Part shown: positions 9,177 to 17,415 of the stretch, piece after piece
Position numbering within the stretch: position 1 is the first letter of the stretch
Layout: every line of letters begins with the position of its first letter
DNA from: an uncultured SAR86 cluster bacterium
GTDB lineage: Bacteria > Pseudomonadota > Gammaproteobacteria > Magnimaribacterales > AG-339-G14
DNA: 64,000 bases
Assembly (NCBI GenBank): GCA_902525435.1
Contig: CABZHD010000006.1
Coordinates: 2,591-66,590, forward strand
Direction of reading: 5' to 3'
Translations under genes and position numbers: made by a program
The notes under the pieces: model-generated
The model's input: only the letters and a program-made list of their open reading frames with translations
Told to the model about the DNA's origin: nothing
Databases searched by the model: none

Positions 9177-11678
9177 TTAGAAATTAACCTTAATACTGAA
9201 TGAATATGACGTTGGATATTCGTATTGTTCTACCATTTCATCCAATTGAAAAACTTCATATTTTTCACCAGTTAAATTACCAAGCTTAAAACCTATTTCG
9301 AGATCATTGTTTCCGTTATAGATATATGCAGTGTAATTAAAATCTAGAATTCCTGTACCTTGCTCATAATAAGCAGGTGCTCCCTTAATTGGAGCTAATT
9401 CAGATATACGTTCTCCTGTGTAGTTATATGCAAGAATAACTTTGTGTGCATCCGTTTCGTAGCCAAAAGTAAAGTTACCCAAAAAGTCTGACTGGCCCTG
9501 TAGGCTTCTTTCTTCTTGAACAAACTGAGATGTTGTATCAACCTCTGAATTCATAAAGGTTAGATTGCTTCTTATGAAGAATGGGAAAAAATCATAAAAA
9601 ATTTCAAATTCTGCACCGGTCATTTGACCTTCATCTACGTTTAAAAACTCTCTGTAAAAAGTCCCCGGTTGAATTCCTTGTTCGATAGGATTTTTAAGAT
9701 CTTTTGCAAACAATCCTGCAGAAAAATACTGACCACCGTCACCAAAATACCATTCGTATCTAAAATCTAAATTAGTAATTTCTGTAATTTTTAAGTCAGG
9801 GTTTCCCACGAAAGATCTGTTAGTGGCGGGATTAAAGAAAACAGACTGAGCTAATTCTCTAAAATTAGGCCTCACCACGGTTTCACTCACACCCAATCTT
9901 ATTTGCATATTATTATCTAAGGTTTGAGTAAGTGTTATTGCAGGCAAAACTTTATCTAGCGCTAAATCGCTTCTGTCATTTTCAACTTTAGTATATTTGT
10001 TAAAGTTAGAAACATTAATGTCGGAATCTTCATACCTAAATCCGATTGACAGTCTTAGAGAATCTGTAAATTGACCATCGATACCAGCGTAAAAAGCTAA
10101 TATTTCCGAATCTGCATCGTAATAATCAGCTGCACCAGAAATCTCATTCACTTCCCATGTATCTGGGCTAATATTTTGTTCTGCAAAAATCTCCGTTAAA
10201 GGCTGAGTACGAAATGTTTCATCAAATAAGGTCGTAGCAGTTGGAGAAGGAGCGAATTCGAAATTAGATATTTGATTATCTCTTTCTTTGTAATAATACG
10301 AAACGCCAGCTTTAAAATCCATGCTGACATCGCCAGCGATTATAAAGTATTTGATGTCTGCTCCTATATCAATAACAGAGTCTTGAAGATCAAAAAACTT
10401 TAATCTAAATTTATCTTTTCTGTTACCAAAATATCTCGTGCCATCTTCGTAAACTTCATATTGTGTATCGAGATTATTAGGAGATTCTCTGGTGCTGTCT
10501 GCAAAGGATGTACGCCAATTGAATTGCAAATCTCCCCAAAAGTGTTCTCCTGAAGCTTGATTGGTCCATACTTGTCTTTCAACCCACTCAACATAGGTTC
10601 TCTCCATCGGAAAATTAGAAAGAGCTAAATCACTGTAAATAAAAGACACTGTATCTGATGATTTTCGAGTTAAAAAGCTGGTTAATTTTATTGTGTGATC
10701 GTCATCTATATTAAAACCAAGACCCAAAAGAGAAGATAGATTTATTGTGTTGGTTGAATTGGTAAAGGTTTCTCTATCAAGAACTATTAAAACGTCCTCT
10801 GGATCTTCAGCATCTGAATTCCAAGAGTTTGAGTTACGCATTTTTTCTTGAGACTCCCATGCGTTTGAATAATTTAATGCAAAGATTAAGCCCATATCTC
10901 CTTTATCAATATCAAAGGAATCACCAGTCGACAAAGACAAAGAAAAATTAGGATCCAAGGAAGAAGATTTTGTTCTCGAAGGAATGTTAGCTGCAAGTGC
11001 AATACCAATTTCCTGAAGTTCAGAAGGAGTTAAACCGCCTGTGAAAAAATTATTATTTCTTCTAATGAGTTTACCTTCTGATATCGCCTTTAAATATGCA
11101 TTGGGTATCGCTCTATCATCCGCACCAAAGCCAATTATATCTGTATCATAGTTTGGAGCTGTTAAGAAACTTTTACCGGTGGTTAGGTTGTCTCCACCTA
11201 GTGAGAAAGAAAAATCAGTGAATGCTTGTTCGGGAACTGCAACCGTTCTTAAATTCACCACACCTCCCCCAAAATTTCCCGGATATTCTGGAGAAAAGGT
11301 TTTTTGAACTAAAACGCTTTCTAAAATATTAGTTGGAAATAAGTCCAGAGGGACAACTCGACTCAATGGTTCTGGTGAAGCTATCGAAGAACCATCTAGC
11401 AAGGCAGTTGAATATCTATCGCCCAAACCTCTTACGTAAACGTATTTGCCTTTTACTAAACTAAGACCGGTTACTCTTTTCAAAGAGTCAGCTATATTGC
11501 TATCGCCTGCCTCAGACATTTGAGTCGAATCAATAACATTTGAAATTTCAGAAGTTGTTCGTTTTTCGTCTGGGATAAAAATTCCTGAAACGACTAATTC
11601 TTCAAAGTCACCAGTATCTTGTGCAAAAGAAAGAACAGAGTAGAAAATAAATAAAGATATCAGGGAAAGATGTTTCAT
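9177..11678 (-). CDS. TonB-dependent outer-membrane receptor
   Basis: 833 aa with a signal peptide and a TonB-box-like EELVVSGIF. The plug region reads RVTGLSLVKGKYVYVRGLGDRYS. A long beta-barrel ends in aromatic ...FSIKVNF. RBS AGGAG lies 8 nt upstream of the ATG. Confidence 0.85.
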   Translation of the reverse strand: MKHLSLISLFIFYSVLSFAQDTGDFEELVVSGIFIPDEKRTTSEISNVIDSTQMSEAGDSNIADSLKRVTGLSLVKGKYVYVRGLGDRYSTALLDGSSIASPEPLSRVVPLDLFPTNILESVLVQKTFSPEYPGNFGGGVVNLRTVAVPEQAFTDFSFSLGGDNLTTGKSFLTAPNYDTDIIGFGADDRAIPNAYLKAISEGKLIRRNNNFFTGGLTPSELQEIGIALAANIPSRTKSSSLDPNFSLSLSTGDSFDIDKGDMGLIFALNYSNAWESQEKMRNSNSWNSDAEDPEDVLIVLDRETFTNSTNTINLSSLLGLGFNIDDDHTIKLTSFLTRKSSDTVSFIYSDLALSNFPMERTYVEWVERQVWTNQASGEHFWGDLQFNWRTSFADSTRESPNNLDTQYEVYEDGTRYFGNRKDKFRLKFFDLQDSVIDIGADIKYFIIAGDVSMDFKAGVSYYYKERDNQISNFEFAPSPTATTLFDETFRTQPLTEIFAEQNISPDTWEVNEISGAADYYDADSEILAFYAGIDGQFTDSLRLSIGFRYEDSDINVSNFNKYTKVENDRSDLALDKVLPAITLTQTLDNNMQIRLGVSETVVRPNFRELAQSVFFNPATNRSFVGNPDLKITEITNLDFRYEWYFGDGGQYFSAGLFAKDLKNPIEQGIQPGTFYREFLNVDEGQMTGAEFEIFYDFFPFFIRSNLTFMNSEVDTTSQFVQEERSLQGQSDFLGNFTFGYETDAHKVILAYNYTGERISELAPIKGAPAYYEQGTGILDFNYTAYIYNGNNDLEIGFKLGNLTGEKYEVFQLDEMVEQYEYPTSYSFSIKVNF

Positions 11679-11689
11679 TTTTTTAGCTC

Positions 11690-11729
11690 CTAAAAAAATT
11701 GAGCTACCATTTTAAGGTGGTAGCTCAAT
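11690..11729 (-). terminator. Intrinsic-terminator-like hairpin between lipoprotein gene and TonB receptor gene
   Basis: Perfect 12-bp stem (11698-11709 ATTGAGCTACCA pairs with 11718-11729 TGGTAGCTCAAT) with an 8-nt loop. On the transcribed (minus) strand the stem is followed by a run of 7 T, then AGGAGC and the receptor ATG. Confidence 0.6.
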
Positions 11730-11747
11730 TTATCAATTGTTTTAGTC

Positions 11748-13181
11748 TTAAATATCAGACCAAACGGCAGTCCAGTCAGATCCAGTAGATGGAACTGCAC
11801 CGATCTCCGTTGGAGTATCAAAGAAAGACCCTAATAACGCAGTGTTAACTGTCACTGATGCCTCTGTAGCACCGTTTTTATATCCAGTTAACGAATTAGT
11901 ACCTTCTGTGATTCCTTGCGCAGTAGCCCAAGCAGCTGTACTAAATGCATCGCCAGAAGACTCTCCACTAAACTTGTTAGTACCGCAATCTATCATTACT
12001 GAGACAGCTCTGAGTGTAGTAGAAGAAGCTGAACCAGCGGCAGTGAAAGTCTCGGCATCATCAATCTCAATGCAAGGTCCTAAATTAGATTTATCGACAA
12101 TGATTCCGTTAACCAAAGTAGCCGAAGTACCTGCTCTTAAGTGAACGAGCTCACCGTGTTTTACAGTGTTACCTATTACTAGGAAATTAGATATAGTCGG
12201 ATTTGATCTAGGTGTGGCGTTAGGAGCTTTACTGTTGCTATCGAATTCCATTCCGTTATCCGGTGCGTTACCCGTAGCGGTAGCAGGATCAGGATTGTCC
12301 TGGTCAATAATTACCCATTGAGCTTTTCCTCTCCAACCATTTGTGTAATCAAATGAATCGTCTTGGTTACCGGTAAGATAAGCGTACTTAAAGTTTACTG
12401 TCCCACCAAAAAACTCAATACCGTCATCACTATTGTTGTGAACTCTGATGTAATTTACATCTGTTTGATCACCGACTGTATAAAAAGCAATACCGTTAAG
12501 TTCGTTTTCAGAAGTGAAAGCGTAACCAGCATACTTAACAACTACGTAGGATAATTCACCTGAATCGTCATTGTCATCGTTACCGCCGTATAAGACCGCT
12601 CCGGCATCGAACCCTTCTGCAGATCTTTCACAAATTCCGCTTGAATTTTTTTCTGCATCAGTACAGTTCTGTGTAGCTTTACCCATTATCTGCAATCCAC
12701 CCCAAAGGCCTTGAGCGTCAGCAGCAAGAGTACCGTCATCAAGAGCAGAGGTCATGATAATAGGATTTGAAACAGTTCCTTTTGCAAGAATCTTTGCTCC
12801 CCTAAGAATATTCAAAGAATCTTTTCCAGATTCTCCCATGATAGTAGTACCGGCATCAATAGTTAGAGTTGGCGAAGTAGTATCGTCACCAATTTTGACT
12901 GGGCCACTTAAAATATGAGTAGCAGATGCTTTCATTTGAAAACTATCGTTGTAAGTTCCTGTATAAGTACAAGTCAAATCACCAGCTGCATCTTTTCCTG
13001 AAACAACAGAAGCTCCAGCAGCATTCGTAACTGAGGGGCAAGATGCTGCTGCTGGAGTCGAAGAACTTGATGAACTTGAAGCAGAAGAAGAAGAACTATC
13101 GTTATCGCTTCCCCCGCAACTGATGACTAGACCTATAACAGAAGTTAAAAGAAATAAATTAAAAATTTTATTTTTTGTCAT
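11748..13181 (-). CDS. Exported lipoprotein with Ser-rich linker, uncharacterised family (beta-helix-like repeats), partner of the downstream TonB receptor
   Basis: 477 aa with lipobox LVIS|C followed by GGSDNDSSSSSASSSSSSSTPAAAS. The body carries motifs (LWGGLQIMG, ELNGIAFYTVG, DDGIEFFGGTVNFKY, DDSFDYTNGW) that I recall from hypothetical lipoproteins next to TonB receptors. Its G+C looks higher than that of its neighbours. Confidence 0.75.
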   Translation of the reverse strand: MTKNKIFNLFLLTSVIGLVISCGGSDNDSSSSSASSSSSSSTPAAASCPSVTNAAGASVVSGKDAAGDLTCTYTGTYNDSFQMKASATHILSGPVKIGDDTTSPTLTIDAGTTIMGESGKDSLNILRGAKILAKGTVSNPIIMTSALDDGTLAADAQGLWGGLQIMGKATQNCTDAEKNSSGICERSAEGFDAGAVLYGGNDDNDDSGELSYVVVKYAGYAFTSENELNGIAFYTVGDQTDVNYIRVHNNSDDGIEFFGGTVNFKYAYLTGNQDDSFDYTNGWRGKAQWVIIDQDNPDPATATGNAPDNGMEFDSNSKAPNATPRSNPTISNFLVIGNTVKHGELVHLRAGTSATLVNGIIVDKSNLGPCIEIDDAETFTAAGSASSTTLRAVSVMIDCGTNKFSGESSGDAFSTAAWATAQGITEGTNSLTGYKNGATEASVTVNTALLGSFFDTPTEIGAVPSTGSDWTAVWSDI

Positions 13182-13261
13182 GTTAAAACTCCGTTAATAG
13201 ATTGACTTAAGTATTCTATAAATCGAATTTGTCAGATTTGTACTACAAAAATAAGATGAGG

Positions 13262-13277
13262 TGACAGAAATGTGTCA
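13262..13277. promoter_or_regulatory. Palindrome TGACA-N6-TGTCA overlapping a TTGACA -35-like hexamer upstream of the lipoprotein gene
   Basis: 13262-13266 TGACA and 13273-13277 TGTCA are perfect inverted repeats. Read on the minus strand, 13278-13273 is TTGACA. The site lies in the 106-nt gap upstream of the 13181 start. Confidence 0.3.
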
Positions 13278-13287
13278 AAAATGTAAA

Positions 13288-14235
13288 TTAATTAAAGTGT
13301 CGTTTTATGTAGGTTTCTCTACTGGATATGAAGTTATCTTTAAATGTAATTAATTGATTTTTAATTTCCTTGTCGTTGAGTATTTCTAAGACAGAAAGTC
13401 CCTCTTTCTTCAGAGCATCAATTCTTAGATAAATCTTGTCCAGCTTATTGATGTATCGCTTGAGTTGTTTAAAAGACATAGCCTGTCCTAAGCTAGGAAT
13501 GAAAACTGTGTTTTCATTACCTAAATCAAGAGCTTTTTTTAAAGCAGCTAGAGTTCCTTCAACGGATCCACCCGCATTATTGTTCACAAAAGGCAATCCG
13601 TTACTTGTGGCTATGTCTCCTATAAAAATTACATTTTTTTCAGTGAAATGAACCAATAAGTCTCCGTCGGTAGAAGCCTTCTCCATGTGCATAAGATCAA
13701 TTTTTTCATTATTAAAATTAATTCTTATCGTGTCTTCAAAAGTTATTCTTGCACCTGCATTATCCACATGCCTTTGTTGAAAATAATTTGGGAGAATATT
13801 TAAATCACTGATGGTTGAGTCTTGCAGAATTCTATCGCGAGTATTTTGGTGAGAGATCATAAAATCCATCATTCCTCCAAACAGACCGTTTGCGTTGGTG
13901 TTCCAAAAATGAGGGTTAGAGCTGATAAGAATTTTTATGTTGTTGATACCTGATACATCTCTTATTTCCTTGCGAAGCCAAGGCAACATTTTAGCCAACA
14001 TTGAGTTGATCAAAATGGCGCCCTCTTTGCCATAAACTAACAGAGAATTGCCGCAGATGGTGTCGCATTCAATTAAATATGCCCCTGGCACGATCTCTGT
14101 GTGAGAAAGTGTCGGTTGAGCTAGCCTTGTTCCGTATTCTTTGATAACAATCGGGTCTAAGCGTTCGTCTAGAGTTCCGAGCGAAGCTAAATTAAAGCTG
14201 CTTAAAAATAAAGCACATTGGATCAAATTTTTCAC
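13288..14235 (-). CDS. Exported MBL-fold-like protein with degenerate metal-binding motifs
   Basis: 315 aa with a signal peptide. The layout matches metallo-beta-lactamase-fold proteins (GAYLIE..NSLLVYGKEGAILIN..; ..STDGDLLVHFTEKNVIFIGDI..), but the His motifs are replaced: NPHFWN for HxHxDH, AST for AHT, PSLG for PGHG. Confidence 0.5.
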   Translation of the reverse strand: MKNLIQCALFLSSFNLASLGTLDERLDPIVIKEYGTRLAQPTLSHTEIVPGAYLIECDTICGNSLLVYGKEGAILINSMLAKMLPWLRKEIRDVSGINNIKILISSNPHFWNTNANGLFGGMMDFMISHQNTRDRILQDSTISDLNILPNYFQQRHVDNAGARITFEDTIRINFNNEKIDLMHMEKASTDGDLLVHFTEKNVIFIGDIATSNGLPFVNNNAGGSVEGTLAALKKALDLGNENTVFIPSLGQAMSFKQLKRYINKLDKIYLRIDALKKEGLSVLEILNDKEIKNQLITFKDNFISSRETYIKRHFN

Positions 14236-14323
14236 GAGTGCATTTTGAAGACGTAATGTGACATTAATGTGAAGATGAAAAATATTGGATCAAAATCTCT
14301 GTTTATTATATTAAGGTACAAAA

Positions 14324-14965
14324 ATGCTTAGAAGAGTTTTTTCAGAATTTATTGGGACAATGTTTTTGCTGATGATTATTGTTGGCTCCGGCATCATGGC
14401 TGAGAATTTGACAAGTAATCAGGGGATTATTTTGTTAGCAAATTCTTTAGCTACTGTCCTGGGACTAATTGTTCTAATTTTAATGTTTGGAGATATTTCT
14501 GGAGGTCATTTTAATCCTATTGTTTCAACGATATTCTTTATGTTGAAAGAATTACCGTTTAAGCAATTTTTTCTTTACCTTCTTGCTCAGACCTCAGGTG
14601 CTATTCTAGGGGTGATATTAGCTAACATCATGTTTGATCTTAGCTTTGTAGAAATATCTACAAAGGATAGAGATGGCTTAAATATCTTGCTCAGTGAAAT
14701 AATTGCTACTTTTGGATTGCTGATGACTATTTTGCTCGTCAGGAAGAATTCTAAATTTTCTACTCCCTATGCCGTAGGATTTTACATTGGAGCAGGATAC
14801 TGGTTTACCTCCTCCACTTCCTTTGCAAATCCTGCAGTATCTATAGCTCGATCTCTAACCAATACATTTACAGGAATTAATCCTGAATATATTTTTTACT
14901 TCATTTTGGCTCAGCTAATAGGTGGCTTTGTTGCCTACTACGTTTATACAAGAATTTATGATTAG
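14324..14965 (+). CDS. MIP-family channel (aquaglyceroporin-like, AqpS-type context)
   Basis: 213 aa with six TM segments. The first box is a variant (GGHFNPIVS, NPI instead of NPA) and the second is canonical (FANPAVSIAR). Its stop overlaps the arsC start. Confidence 0.85.
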   Translation: MLRRVFSEFIGTMFLLMIIVGSGIMAENLTSNQGIILLANSLATVLGLIVLILMFGDISGGHFNPIVSTIFFMLKELPFKQFFLYLLAQTSGAILGVILANIMFDLSFVEISTKDRDGLNILLSEIIATFGLLMTILLVRKNSKFSTPYAVGFYIGAGYWFTSSTSFANPAVSIARSLTNTFTGINPEYIFYFILAQLIGGFVAYYVYTRIYD

Positions 14966-15338
14966 TGTCTTATTTCTGTGTGTAGAAAATGCCTGTAGAA
15001 GTCAAATAGCTGAAGCAATTTGTCAGAATCTCTATCCGCATAAAATTCTTGCTTACTCAGCCGGTTCAAATCCAGCTAAAAAGATAAATCCAAAAGCAAT
15101 TCAATCTCTGGAGAGAATCAATATCACTCATTCTGGTGAACCAAAAAAAATTGATTTCTTTAAAAATTATACTTTTGATTACGTAATAACAATGGGTTGC
15201 GGCGACGTATGCCCTTATGTGCCTAATATTAAAAATATTGATTGGAATATTCCTGATCCAAAGTTTTTAGAGGAAGAGCAATTCGATGAAATTAGAGATA
15301 TGATTAAATCAAAAATTATCTCTGAGTTATTAGTGTGA
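14958..15338 (+). CDS. arsC: Arsenate reductase, low-molecular-weight phosphatase family
   Basis: CX5R(S/T) P-loop in LFLCVENACRSQIAEAI and a second Cys cluster in ITMGCGDVCPYVP. The start was reassigned to ATG 14958 (MISVLFLC...), which overlaps the MIP stop by 8 nt. The track ORF starts at 14922. Confidence 0.8.
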   Translation: MISVLFLCVENACRSQIAEAICQNLYPHKILAYSAGSNPAKKINPKAIQSLERINITHSGEPKKIDFFKNYTFDYVITMGCGDVCPYVPNIKNIDWNIPDPKFLEEEQFDEIRDMIKSKIISELLV

Positions 15339-16060
15339 CTTTATTCTTATTCTTTTTCTTTGGAAGTATTGTTGGGAGTTATTTTGAAACTACAAATCAA
15401 AGAATTGCCAGAGACGATAATTTAATCTTAGACAGCAATAAAAGATTTTTACGATCTCAATGCGATGACTGTAAAAGAGAGTTATCTTGGCTAGATTTAT
15501 TCCCTATTTTTAGTTTTCTATTATTAAAAGGTAAATGCAGATATTGCAAAAAGCCAATCAAGATTGATCACTTAATATCTGAATTTTTATTCGGGCTGAT
15601 TTTTTGTTTGTTGATTTTGTCTGATAATTCTTTCAATTTAATTCTGACTATTCCATTTTTCAGCTTTTTATTCGCGATCGCCTTATTTGATTATAAGTAT
15701 TTTCTGATACCAAAAATCTATTTGCTGTTTTTTATTTTAATAAGCTTTTTTTCTTTATATTTTGAAGCAAGTCTCACGAATATCGTTTTTGCATCGGTAA
15801 TGACCTTGACTGTTTTTATTGCAAAACAAATTATGGACCGAATTATGAAAAGAGAAACTTTGGGTAACGGAGATCTTTTTCTAATATTTGGCTTGGGCCT
15901 CTTTCATCCTCCTTTAGAGTTTTCATTTGCTTTGTTACTTGCTTCCTCTTTGGGTATTGTAATATTTGCATTGAAAAATCTTATGAAAAATCCAATAGAT
16001 AAAGTACCTCTTGGTACTTTATTGGCTATCGGTTCAATATCCTCTTTCAGTTTTTTTTAA
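15335..16060 (+). CDS. gspO: Prepilin (type IV leader) peptidase / N-methyltransferase, A24 family
   Basis: N-terminal Cys cluster CDDCKRELSWLDLFPIFSFLLLKGKCRYCKKPI. Both catalytic Asp contexts are present (ALFDYKYFLIP and GNGDLFL). The protein is polytopic. The GTG start overlaps the arsC stop (GTGTGA). Confidence 0.85.
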   Translation: MTLFLFFFFGSIVGSYFETTNQRIARDDNLILDSNKRFLRSQCDDCKRELSWLDLFPIFSFLLLKGKCRYCKKPIKIDHLISEFLFGLIFCLLILSDNSFNLILTIPFFSFLFAIALFDYKYFLIPKIYLLFFILISFFSLYFEASLTNIVFASVMTLTVFIAKQIMDRIMKRETLGNGDLFLIFGLGLFHPPLEFSFALLLASSLGIVIFALKNLMKNPIDKVPLGTLLAIGSISSFSFF

Positions 16061-17307
16061 AAGGAATATATGGATTTAAAAATCAAAAATATAATGATTG
16101 AAAGAAAGCCTCCAACAGGAATTGTTACTATCCAACCTGAAAAAATTTGAACCACTTTTGACCAATCCATACTTTTTGAGCTGCTAACAAGCCCAATGCC
16201 AATGATTGCTCCAATTAATGTGTGGGTTGTTGAAACGGGAAATCCATAACTAGAACTCAATACAACGATGGTTGCAGCTGACAATTCTGCTGCAAAACCA
16301 GAAGAAGGTGTAATTTTAGTTATCCCCTTCCCAACGGTTCCGATAACTCTAAAGCCCATGGTCAAAAGACCAATAACTATCCCAATTGATCCTAATAATA
16401 ATATCCAAGAAGTTAGTGAGGTCTGATTATTGACTGAACTTTCTACTGAAACAGTATTGATTACCGCTGCAAGCGGTCCGACTGCATTGGCTACATCATT
16501 AGAACCGTGAGCAAATGCCATTGCGCATGCAGTGAATATGACTAAAATCGCAAAAAATGATTCTATATTTGCATCTTTTTGTTTCATGATGTTGCTGGCT
16601 CTCAAAAGAATTATTCCCACTAAAGTAAGCATTATTCCAAAGGCAGCTGAGAGAAGGAATGCATACTCAAAATTCAAATCAATTCCTACGTGCTTTAAAC
16701 CTTTCAAAAAAGTTAACATTGAAATCACAAAACCAACAAAGAAAAGGTAAATAGGACTATATTTAAGAGTATTTAAAAAAGGATTATCAGTATCTAGAAT
16801 TAAAAATTTAATACTTTTAAAGACAAAGTAGGCCAGTAAACCTGATAAAAGCGGAGATAAAACCCACGTAGTTGCAATACTGGAAACTGCTTGCCAGTTG
16901 ACTGCATTGAAAGAAAGTCCAATTATTGAAAACCCTATGATCCCGCCAACAATAGAGTGAGTTGTAGAAACTGGCCATCCCAAAGCAGATGCTAAGAATA
17001 ACCAAGTTCCAGCCGCTAATAACGCTGACAACATCCCGAAAACTAAAACATCTGATTTTCCAGTGAACTCTTCAGCATCAATGATGCCCTTTCTTATGGT
17101 GTCTGTTACCTCGCCGCCGGCAAGATAAGCTCCAGCGAATTCAAAAATACAGGCTATTAATAATGCCGTTCTAAGGGTTATGGCGCCAGATCCCACCGAA
17201 GTACCAAACGCATTGGCGACATCATTTGCACCTATACCCCACGCCATGATAAAACCAAACACGCAGGCTAAAATAATTATTTCAGTTTCTATGCCAACAA
17301 AAGCCAT
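16057..17307 (-). CDS. pitA: Inorganic phosphate transporter, PiT family
   Basis: 416 aa with the duplicated PiT signature GANDVANAFGTSVGSG and GSNDVANAVGPL. Polytopic. Confidence 0.9.
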   Translation of the reverse strand: MAFVGIETEIIILACVFGFIMAWGIGANDVANAFGTSVGSGAITLRTALLIACIFEFAGAYLAGGEVTDTIRKGIIDAEEFTGKSDVLVFGMLSALLAAGTWLFLASALGWPVSTTHSIVGGIIGFSIIGLSFNAVNWQAVSSIATTWVLSPLLSGLLAYFVFKSIKFLILDTDNPFLNTLKYSPIYLFFVGFVISMLTFLKGLKHVGIDLNFEYAFLLSAAFGIMLTLVGIILLRASNIMKQKDANIESFFAILVIFTACAMAFAHGSNDVANAVGPLAAVINTVSVESSVNNQTSLTSWILLLGSIGIVIGLLTMGFRVIGTVGKGITKITPSSGFAAELSAATIVVLSSSYGFPVSTTHTLIGAIIGIGLVSSSKSMDWSKVVQIFSGWIVTIPVGGFLSIIIFLIFKSIYSF

Positions 17308-17383
17308 TAATAAAAATACTTGAGTAGTAGCACGATATATGAATTTATTACTTTAGTTAAACTTTTTAAGATGATTTAATTAA

Positions 17384-17401
17384 AATTCACAAAATCTTCA
17401 T
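17384..17401. promoter_or_regulatory. Pho-box-like direct repeat (weak candidate)
   Basis: AATTCACAAAATCTTCAT has two TTCA cores spaced 11 bp apart and separated by AAAA. It matches the E. coli Pho-box consensus CTGTCATAAAACTGTCAT at 11 of 18 positions. It lies in the pit/ppk2 divergent spacer and ends 14 nt before the ppk2 ATG. Confidence 0.2.
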
Positions 17402-17415
17402 AAAAGAGTTTTTAA

